Assembly (NCBI GenBank): GCA_001000035.1
Contig: LCGX01000001.1
Location: 1 to 26,566, forward strand
Source: Candidatus Nomurabacteria bacterium GW2011_GWF2_43_8
Lineage (GTDB): Bacteria > Patescibacteriota > Minisyncoccia > Phycocordibacterales > UBA9973
Length of the DNA stretch: 26,566 bases
Direction: 5' to 3'
Each line of letters begins with the position of its first letter. The stretch's first letter is position 1. Both the position numbers and the translations under genes were made by a program. Below the pieces are notes generated by a model, which searched no databases, was not told the DNA's origin, and was given only the letters and a program-made list of their open reading frames with translations. Below, piece after piece: positions 1 through 7,992 of the stretch.

Positions 1-2
1 TT

Positions 3-92
3 TATCTCAGGCAAGCAAGAGAGGTTTTACCTAAATTAAAAAATCCATTTGCTAAAGAAATACTTGAAAAAGTAATAGAAAAATATAAATAA
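3..92 (+). CDS. 3' end of an upstream CDS (partial, product unknown)
   Basis: Open frame from window edge: YLRQAREVLPKLKNPFAKEILEKVIEKYK, TAA at 90-92. Confidence 0.6.
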   Translation, partial: YLRQAREVLPKLKNPFAKEILEKVIEKYK

Positions 93-98
93 AGGTTG

Positions 99-127
99 TT
101 GCGTGCTTTTTCTCTTTATATTATAAT
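99..127 (+). promoter_or_regulatory. sigma70-type promoter of the atp operon
   Basis: TTGCGT (99-104), 17 bp spacer, TATAAT (122-127), upstream of the first atp gene. Confidence 0.65.
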
Positions 128-190
128 ACCCTAAAGGTGTAATGCCTTTTGTTTTTGCTTGTCCCGTAACGGCTTTGCCTAATTTTTGAT

Positions 191-478
191 ATGGATGAAA
201 ACAAACAAAATTTAAACGGCAACGGCCCATGGTGGAAGCCGGGGGTCCAGTTGCTTTCCGAGGTTTCGACCTGGATTGTGGCGCCTATCGTGCTGGCGCT
301 CGTTTTCGGCAAAATGTTGGACGCGCGCTATGGAACGAAGCCGACCATCTTTCTTGTCCTCGCAGGAATCGGATTTTTAGTCACTTGTTTTGGCATATAC
401 CGAGTTATGAAGAATTATATGAAAAAATTTCCAGACCAGAGTCGGGATCCCGACAAAGGTCGGGAAAAAGAAAAATAA
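191..478 (+). CDS. AtpZ/AtpI-family ATP synthase accessory membrane protein
   Basis: 95 aa, two hydrophobic helices around GKMLDARYGTKP; first gene of the atp operon. Confidence 0.8.
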   Translation: MDENKQNLNGNGPWWKPGVQLLSEVSTWIVAPIVLALVFGKMLDARYGTKPTIFLVLAGIGFLVTCFGIYRVMKNYMKKFPDQSRDPDKGREKEK

Positions 479-479
479 T

Positions 480-1346
480 ATGGAAGAAATATCCCACAAC
501 ATAACACTTTTCGCCGAGCCCATTTTTCACTTTGGAAATTTTATCGTTACCAACGCGCTTCTGACCAGCTGGGTAGTCGTCGCCATCATCGCTGTCTTGT
601 CTTTGGTTTTACGCTCAAAAATCTCGGTGGTACCGGGCAAATTGCAGAATGTTTTTGAAATAGCGGTGGAGGGCGCGCTTGGTTTGTGCGATCAGGTGAC
701 AGGCAGTCGGGCACTTTCTGTGAAAATTTTCCCGATTGCTATTTCGGTTTTCTTTTTTATTCTTATAAACAATTGGCTGGGAATACTTCCGCTCGGGGGA
801 TTCGGAATCGTGGAAGAAGGCGAGCATGGATTGTCCTTCATTCCGTTCCTGCGCGGAGGCACGGCTGATATCAACACTACTCTGGCGCTGGCGATCATGG
901 CCGTCCTAGGCGCGAATGTCTTCGGCATTTTTTCCGTCGGTTTATGGAAAACTTTCAATAAATATGTTAATCTGAAAGTATTGGGGGGAATTTTCACGAA
1001 AATCCGCCATGACCCGACGATTGTCATCGTCGCCCCGATTACGTTCTTTGTCGGCCTGATTGAGATTGTTGGCGAGTTTGCCAAAATCGCTTCGCTCTCT
1101 TTTCGTCTTTTCGGCAATGTCTTCGCCGGGGAGGTGCTTTTGGTTTCCATGGCCGCCCTGGTGGCCTATGTGGTTCCGATACCTTTTCTTTTTCTGGAAC
1201 TGTTGGTCGGAGTCATTCAGGCGCTTATCTTCTCGATTTTGCTTGTCGTTTATTTTACGATTTCTTCGAGCGACCACGACGAGCACGATATTCGCGCGGA
1301 AGGAGACAAGGAATTAGTCGAAGAATTCGTCAAAAAATTGGCATAA
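480..1346 (+). CDS. atpB: F0 ATP synthase subunit a
   Basis: TADINTTLALA; SLSFRLFGNVFAGE with the essential Arg; ELLVGVIQALIF. Confidence 0.97.
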   Translation: MEEISHNITLFAEPIFHFGNFIVTNALLTSWVVVAIIAVLSLVLRSKISVVPGKLQNVFEIAVEGALGLCDQVTGSRALSVKIFPIAISVFFFILINNWLGILPLGGFGIVEEGEHGLSFIPFLRGGTADINTTLALAIMAVLGANVFGIFSVGLWKTFNKYVNLKVLGGIFTKIRHDPTIVIVAPITFFVGLIEIVGEFAKIASLSFRLFGNVFAGEVLLVSMAALVAYVVPIPFLFLELLVGVIQALIFSILLVVYFTISSSDHDEHDIRAEGDKELVEEFVKKLA

Positions 1347-1391
1347 ATTTTATTAAAGGTCAAAATTATTATTAATTAATCAAAAAATCAC

Positions 1392-1567
1392 ATGACAGAA
1401 TTTTTTGCAAAAGCAATCGTAATGGCCGTCGGAGCCCTGGGTCCTGCCATCGCCATCGGTATGATTATCCGGAAGCGGCAGGCAAAATCCTGGTGCCGAT
1501 GCTTTTGGCCTGCGCCTTCGCGGAAGCCATCGCCATTTACGCGTTGGTTATCGCGTTTTCGATTTAA
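1392..1567 (+). pseudogene. atpE: F0 subunit c, frameshifted by an internal deletion as written
   Basis: Helix 1 MTEFFAKAIVMAVGALGPAIAIGMI (1392-1466). Helix 2 PEAAGKILVPMLLACAFAEAIAIYALVIAFSI* is in a different frame (1469-1567). The intervening loop (G-x-K-A-x-E-x-x-G-R-N type) is missing. Confidence 0.85.
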
Positions 1568-1611
1568 GGAGATTTGAAAATTTAAAATAGCTTCTCTCGA
1601 AAAGCGCACAT

Positions 1612-1667
1612 AATTTTCTACTGAAAATTTGTTATGCTCGGCCCAGTCGGCCTGCGCAAATTTTCAG
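1612..1667. repeat. Nested inverted repeats in the atpE-atpF spacer
   Basis: CTGAAAATTTG (1621-1631) pairs with CAAATTTTCAG (1657-1667); inner GGCC-cagtc-GGCC; alternative AATTTTC-tact-GAAAATT (1612-1629). Confidence 0.7.
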
Positions 1668-1683
1668 AGGGTTTTTTAAAACA

Positions 1684-2145
1684 ATGGATTCAATCATTTC
1701 CACATTTCACATAGATTGGAAAATTATTATTGCTCAGGCAGTCAATTTTGGCGTTGTTTTTGTGGTTCTGTACATTTTTGCCCTAAAACCGCTTTCCAAG
1801 CTGATGGCGGAGCGCAGTGAGAAGATTGCCAAGGGAATTGATGACGCAAAGGCCAACGCGAATCTTTTGGAAAAAACTCGCGCGGAATACGACGAAGCTC
1901 TGCAGAAAGCCCGCCTCGAGGCGAACAAAATTTTTCAAGACGGAAAAAAAGAGGCTGAAGCCAAAAAAACACTGATGTTGGAAGAGGCGAAGAAAGAAAC
2001 AACAACCATCATTGAAAACGGGAAAAAAATGCTGGAAGCGGAAAAGACAAAAATGGTGGAAGACGCAAAAAAAGATATTGTAAACCTCGCTATGCTGGCT
2101 ACGGAAAAACTACTCAGCACCAAGCAGGATTTAAATAATTTATAA
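1684..2145 (+). CDS. atpF: F0 ATP synthase subunit b
   Basis: N-terminal TM (QAVNFGVVFVVLYIFALKPL) followed by a charged coiled coil; operon position. Confidence 0.95.
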   Translation: MDSIISTFHIDWKIIIAQAVNFGVVFVVLYIFALKPLSKLMAERSEKIAKGIDDAKANANLLEKTRAEYDEALQKARLEANKIFQDGKKEAEAKKTLMLEEAKKETTTIIENGKKMLEAEKTKMVEDAKKDIVNLAMLATEKLLSTKQDLNNL

Positions 2146-2146
2146 T

Positions 2147-2551
2147 ATGGCGACTTTATCAAACAACAACATAGCGCAGGCCATATATCTGGCGTCAAAA
2201 ACAGAGGGCCGTTCGGAGCAATTTTTTTCAAACGTGGTCCGATTTTTATTTCGCAGAAGGTTGCTGTCCAAAGCTCCGGACATACTTTTGCGTTTGGATA
2301 AAATAATCAACGACAAAGAAGGGCGAGTCGTCGCCAAAGTATCAAGCCGGAGCAATTTAAATGAAAAAATGAAGGAAGAGCTTGTTCACGCCCTGGCTAA
2401 ACGTTATGCCGCCAAAGAAATCGTACTGGACGAGCATTTGGACGAAAAGTTACTGGGCGGATTTAAGGTGGAAGTGGGGGACGAAGTCATAGATTTAACA
2501 ATCAAAAATAGAATAGGAAAATTACAAGAATATTTAACAAGCCGAGTATGA
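2147..2551 (+). CDS. atpH: F1 subunit delta (short form)
   Basis: C-terminal [26 protein letters not shown] motif; between atpF and atpA; 134 aa. Confidence 0.9.
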   Translation: MATLSNNNIAQAIYLASKTEGRSEQFFSNVVRFLFRRRLLSKAPDILLRLDKIINDKEGRVVAKVSSRSNLNEKMKEELVHALAKRYAAKEIVLDEHLDEKLLGGFKVEVGDEVIDLTIKNRIGKLQEYLTSRV

Positions 2552-4050
2552 GCACACACCACATCATAGAAAGTTTAAAAAGGGAGATAGAAAATTTTTC
2601 CACCCAGATAAAAGTCGAGAAAGTGGGTAAAGTATTGGAAGTTTTCGACGGCATCGCGAAGGTCTCGGGCCTTTCGGATATCAAGTCCTCTGAAATGGTA
2701 GCTTTCCAAAACGGCGAAACAGGTGTCGCGCTCAATCTGGAAGAGGATACGGTCGGAGTGATTATTTTCGGCGATTTCTCGAAAATCAAGGAAGGTGATG
2801 AAGTAAAAGCGACCGGCCGAATTTTGGAAATTCCCGTCTCTGACGATATTTTAGGACGAGTCGTAAACGCCATCGGCATTCCGATTGACGGCAAGGGGAC
2901 GATAAAGAGCGCTAAGACCCACCCGATTGAAAAAGTTGCTCCCGGCGTTATCACCCGCCAGTCCGTTTCCGAATCGGTTGCCACCGGCATCAAGGTTATC
3001 GACACCATCATCCCGATTGGCCGGGGACAGCGCGAGCTTATCATCGGCGACCGCCAGACCGGCAAAACAGCCATTGCTGTCGATACGATTTTGAACCAAA
3101 AAGGGCAGGATATGATCTGCGTTTATGTTTCCATCGGCCAGAAGGATTCCAAATTAAGAAAAATCGAGGCGCGGCTGGAAGAAGGCGGAGCGATGGATTA
3201 TACGGTTATCGTATCGGCCGGCGCGTCGGAAGCAGCTTCGTTGGCTTACGTTGCGCCCTATACCGGCGTGGCAATCGCGGAATATTTTATGGAACAAGGC
3301 AAGGATGTTTTGATTATTTATGACGATCTTTCCAAGCACGCCGTTGCCTATCGGGAAATTTCTCTTCTCTTGCGCCGCCCGCCGGGCCGCGAAGCGTATC
3401 CCGGAGACGTTTTTTATCTCCATTCCCGCCTGCTCGAACGCGCTTGCCGGAGAAGTAAAGAATACGGGGGCGGATCCATCACCGCTTTGCCGATCGTCGA
3501 AACACAGGCCGGCGACGTGACCGCCTATATTCCGACCAACGTCATTTCCATTACCGACGGGCAGATTTTTCTGGAAACCGATCTTTTTTACAAAGGTATC
3601 CGCCCGGCAGTGAACGTCGGCTTATCGGTGTCTCGTGTCGGTTCCAGCGCGCAAATCAAAGCAATGAAAAAAGTAGCCGGGACTTTGAAGCTCGACTTGG
3701 CGCAGTTCCGCGAGCTCGAGGCCTTTGCCCAGTTCGGTTCCGATTTAGACGATGCCACTAAACGCCAGCTCGAGCGCGGCAAAAGAGCCGTAGAGGTTCT
3801 CAAACAGCTTCAATACGCGCCGGTCAAGACCGAGCATCAGGTGGTTACCCTCTATGCCCTGACCAAGGGGTTTATGGACGATGTGCCGATTGAAAAAATA
3901 AAAGAATTTGAGAATGGGCTGGTTGATTACAGCGAACGCAACGCGAAAGTTTTTTTCAAAGAGATAAAAGAAGCGAAAATGTGGAGCGACAAAGGGGAAG
4001 AAGAATTAAAAAAAGTGATTACTGATTTTAAAACATCTTTTAGTAATTAA
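2548..4050 (+). CDS. atpA: F1 subunit alpha
   Basis: [17 protein letters not shown] Walker A; [24 protein letters not shown]. Confidence 0.99.
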   Translation: MSTHHIIESLKREIENFSTQIKVEKVGKVLEVFDGIAKVSGLSDIKSSEMVAFQNGETGVALNLEEDTVGVIIFGDFSKIKEGDEVKATGRILEIPVSDDILGRVVNAIGIPIDGKGTIKSAKTHPIEKVAPGVITRQSVSESVATGIKVIDTIIPIGRGQRELIIGDRQTGKTAIAVDTILNQKGQDMICVYVSIGQKDSKLRKIEARLEEGGAMDYTVIVSAGASEAASLAYVAPYTGVAIAEYFMEQGKDVLIIYDDLSKHAVAYREISLLLRRPPGREAYPGDVFYLHSRLLERACRRSKEYGGGSITALPIVETQAGDVTAYIPTNVISITDGQIFLETDLFYKGIRPAVNVGLSVSRVGSSAQIKAMKKVAGTLKLDLAQFRELEAFAQFGSDLDDATKRQLERGKRAVEVLKQLQYAPVKTEHQVVTLYALTKGFMDDVPIEKIKEFENGLVDYSERNAKVFFKEIKEAKMWSDKGEEELKKVITDFKTSFSN

Positions 4051-4062
4051 TTTTATAATAAA

Positions 4063-4947
4063 ATGGCCGGAACAAAGGAAATAAAAAGGAGAATAAAAAG
4101 CGTAAAGAACACCAAAAAAATCACCAAAGCGATGGAACTGGTGGCGGCTTCGAAGATGAAACATGCCATTTCTTCTACTTTGGCATCCCGTCCGTATGCT
4201 AGATACTCGTGGGAGGTTCTCGAAGCTCTGACCCAATACATAGCGGAAAGCACCCATCCGCTTTTTGTTGTGCGGGAACCGCAAAAGCTTCTGATTATCT
4301 TGCTTACTTCCAATCGAGGGCTATGCGGTGGATATAATTCCCAAGTAATCAAAAGCGCTCTCTCGACCCTGAAAGAAAATAAGGACAAGAAAATTGATTT
4401 TATATCAGTGGGGAAAAAAGGAGAGGCAATGCTGCGGCGGCTGGGGCAGAATATAATCGCTTCCTTCAATCAGCTTTCCGAAAAACCCAGGTTGGCGGAA
4501 ATTCTTCCGGTTATAAACATGGCGACGGAGTCCTACAAAAAAGGAGAATATGACAGGGTTTTGGTCGCTTCGACCTCTTTTGTTTCCGCGATTTTCCAGA
4601 AAGCGGGCATGGAACAGCTGTTCCCGGTGGAAAAGAAAAAAATTCTGGAAACTTTGGAAGAAATAAAAAAACAAGCTCCGCGAAACGGAACTGAATATAT
4701 TTTTGAGCCGAATTATGGAGAACTGATGAACATTATTGTCGAGAAAATTGTCCGCACTAAATTTTATCAGCTGATTTTGGAATCGAACGCTTCGGAGCAG
4801 TCATCCCGCATGGTGGCGATGAAAAATGCCAGCGAGGCCTCCGGCGAAATGATCGATGATTTGACTTTGATGTTCAACAAAGCCCGGCAGGCGAATATCA
4901 CCAGGGAGATATCAGAAATCAGCGCCGGTATGGCCTCAGTAAATTAA
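4063..4947 (+). CDS. atpG: F1 subunit gamma
   Basis: KITKAMELVAASK; NRGLCGGYN; SRMVAMKNASE; NKARQANITREISEI. Confidence 0.98.
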   Translation: MAGTKEIKRRIKSVKNTKKITKAMELVAASKMKHAISSTLASRPYARYSWEVLEALTQYIAESTHPLFVVREPQKLLIILLTSNRGLCGGYNSQVIKSALSTLKENKDKKIDFISVGKKGEAMLRRLGQNIIASFNQLSEKPRLAEILPVINMATESYKKGEYDRVLVASTSFVSAIFQKAGMEQLFPVEKKKILETLEEIKKQAPRNGTEYIFEPNYGELMNIIVEKIVRTKFYQLILESNASEQSSRMVAMKNASEASGEMIDDLTLMFNKARQANITREISEISAGMASVN

Positions 4948-4987
4948 AAGTAATATAGTAAAAAATTTATAAAGTTATAAATTATAA

Positions 4988-6349
<1,362 letters not shown>

Positions 6350-6354
6350 CAGAC

Positions 6355-6412
6355 CGCTAGGCGCTAGGCGCTAGGAAACTAGCTAAAGCCTAAAGCCTAA
6401 GGCCTAAAGCCT
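6355..6412. repeat. Heptamer tandem repeats forming an imperfect hairpin in the atpD-atpC spacer
   Basis: (GCGCTAG)x~3, then GAAA, CTAG, then (CTAARGC)x4, ending at the atpC ATG. Confidence 0.8.
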
Positions 6413-6862
6413 ATGAATACCAAACAATTGAAATTGAAAATAGTTACGCCGGAACGCATAGTTCTGGAAGAAATGGCGGACCAGGTAAGTTTGCCGACTT
6501 TGCTTGGCGAGATTACGGTTTTGCCGGAGCATATTCCTTTAGTGGCTGGTTTGGCCTCCGGCGATGTGGTTGCCTATGTTAACGGTGAACATGTGCCGAT
6601 GGCGGTGGTCGGAGGATTTGTGGAAGTGAAACAAAACAAGAAAGGCGAGACGGAGGTGGCGGTGTTGGCTGATTTTGCCGAACATGTTTCCGAAATTTCC
6701 GAGGGAGCGATAGCCAAGGCCAAAGCCCGCGCGGAGGAATTAAAAAAACAAATGGAAAATAAAGAAGTTGTGGACTTCGAGCATTTTGAAGCCGAACTCG
6801 AACGTTCGCTGACCCGCGTCAAAATCGCCGACAAATGGCGCAATAAGAAATACAGAAAGTAA
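6413..6862 (+). CDS. atpC: F1 subunit epsilon
   Basis: LKIVTPER; GEITVLPEHIPL; VVGGFVEV; C-terminal helices. Confidence 0.96.
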   Translation: MNTKQLKLKIVTPERIVLEEMADQVSLPTLLGEITVLPEHIPLVAGLASGDVVAYVNGEHVPMAVVGGFVEVKQNKKGETEVAVLADFAEHVSEISEGAIAKAKARAEELKKQMENKEVVDFEHFEAELERSLTRVKIADKWRNKKYRK

Positions 6863-6866
6863 TTAC

Positions 6867-6884
6867 ACTACGATATATCGTAGT
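6867..6884. repeat. Perfect 18-bp palindrome
   Basis: ACTACGATA-TATCGTAGT between the atpC stop and the rsmI start. Confidence 0.85.
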
Positions 6885-6893
6885 AAAACTATA

Positions 6894-7589
6894 ATGCCAA
6901 AATTTTACGTTGTAGCGACGCCAATCGGGAATATGGGAGACATTACGCTTCGAGCAATCGAGACGCTGAAGAGCGTTGACATGATATTGTGCGAAGATAC
7001 TCGAGAAACAAAAAAAATTTTGGATAAATATAATATCAATAAGCCGACGATGAGCTATCATGCGCAGAGTAAACTTTCAAAGACGGATAAAATTTTTGAG
7101 CTTTTAGAAGAAGGGAAAGATTTGGCGCTGGTTTCCGACGCCGGCACGCCCGGGATTTCCGACCCTGGTGCATTATTGGTTTCCAAAATAAAAGAGCATC
7201 TCAGCCATGGCGTAGATGTAATTCCGATACCGGGCCCTTCGGCTGTTATTACTGCGCTTTCGGCTTCAGGATTACCGATTCATGAATTCACTTTTTTGGG
7301 TTTTCTCCCGCATAAGAAAGGAAGGGAAACTTTATTTAAAGAAATTGCGCAAGCGAAAAGGACGATGGTTTTTTATGAATCTCCGCATCGGATTTTAAAA
7401 ACTTTGGAATCACTTGTGAAGTTTTGCCCGAACAAAAAAGTTTGTGTCGCTCGCGAGCTGACGAAAATTTATGAAGAGTTTAAAACTGGCACGCCTGAAG
7501 AAATTTTTGAATATTTTAAGCCCAAGGCTGACCAGCCTCTGGCTGGTAATAAAAAGATAAGAGGGGAATTTACGGTAATTGTCGCCTAG
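6894..7589 (+). CDS. rsmI: 16S rRNA C1402 2'-O-methyltransferase
   Basis: YVVATPIGNMGDITLRA; CEDTR; LVSDAGTPGISDPG; FYESPHR; RELTKIYEE. Confidence 0.96.
   Translation: MPKFYVVATPIGNMGDITLRAIETLKSVDMILCEDTRETKKILDKYNINKPTMSYHAQSKLSKTDKIFELLEEGKDLALVSDAGTPGISDPGALLVSKIKEHLSHGVDVIPIPGPSAVITALSASGLPIHEFTFLGFLPHKKGRETLFKEIAQAKRTMVFYESPHRILKTLESLVKFCPNKKVCVARELTKIYEEFKTGTPEEIFEYFKPKADQPLAGNKKIRGEFTVIVA
7520..7546. repeat. Short imperfect palindrome inside rsmI, in frame (PKADQPLAG)
   Basis: GCC-ca-AGGCT-gacc-AGCCT-ct-GGC, a GC-rich patch in AT-rich coding sequence just before the conserved RGEF motif. Confidence 0.55.
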
Positions 7590-7590
7590 A

Positions 7591-7646
7591 ACGAAGAAAG
7601 CCCGCCGGTGAAGCAAGGCTAAGGCCTTCTTCTGCCCGGTCGGGCT
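7591..7646 (-). terminator. Long GC-rich hairpin followed by a U-rich tract on the minus strand
   Basis: AGCCCG-CCGG..GAAG.AAGGC-taag-GCCTT-CTTC..CCGG.CGGGCT (7599-7646); minus strand continues TTTCTTCGTT; lies between convergent units. Confidence 0.65.
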
Positions 7647-7666
7647 GTCGTTGATGTGGGCTGCGG

Positions 7667-7735
7667 TTACGAGATGAACGGCTCTTTTTTGGGGTCGAGG
7701 CCCCCGGGGAGTTTATCCCCACTACCGGAACTCAT
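7667..7735 (-). CDS. Putative 22-aa micro-protein MSSGSGDKLPGGLDPKKEPFIS
   Basis: AAGGAGAG Shine-Dalgarno-like motif 5 nt before ATG; follows the 69-aa ORF and precedes the terminator hairpin. Confidence 0.3.
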   Translation of the reverse strand: MSSGSGDKLPGGLDPKKEPFIS

Positions 7736-7760
7736 TTTGTCTCTCCTTTTCTCTGTGGTG

Positions 7761-7970
7761 TTACCCCGCAAGGATGCGAGGAAGTGGCTTGTCCTCGATC
7801 ACAACAAGCCGCCCAAGCCCGTAGTGCTCACTAGCGTATCGTTCGCCCTCCTTTTGAACCTCCCAAGGGAGGAGGTTGTCGTTTAGGTTGAGTTCGAAGT
7901 GGGCGGGGCGCAAGACCCCCCTCAAGGGTCTACTGACATCGTGCCGGATGTAGCAAAAACGCACCTTCAT
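7761..7970 (-). CDS. Putative 69-aa hypothetical protein (MKVRFCYIRH...PRILAG)
   Basis: Internal ATG of the listed 7761..8120 ORF; GGAGGG 7 nt upstream; starts 22 nt after the priA stop. Confidence 0.55.
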   Translation of the reverse strand: MKVRFCYIRHDVSRPLRGVLRPAHFELNLNDNLLPWEVQKEGERYASEHYGLGRLVVIEDKPLPRILAG

Positions 7971-7992
7971 GTCGTTTCCCTCCGTTAATTTT

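Noticed and set aside
1392-1577. The 61-aa atpE ORF as an intact protein, or programmed frameshifting at 1466
   Set aside because: Its second half is out-of-frame junk; there is no slippery site, and a frameshift would not restore the missing loop.
7590-7990. RNase P RNA, tmRNA or SRP RNA in the GC-rich spacer
   Set aside because: No GAGGAAAGTCC or matching 3' P4 strand, no tRNA-like T-loop plus CCA end, and no SRP helix-8 motif found on either strand.
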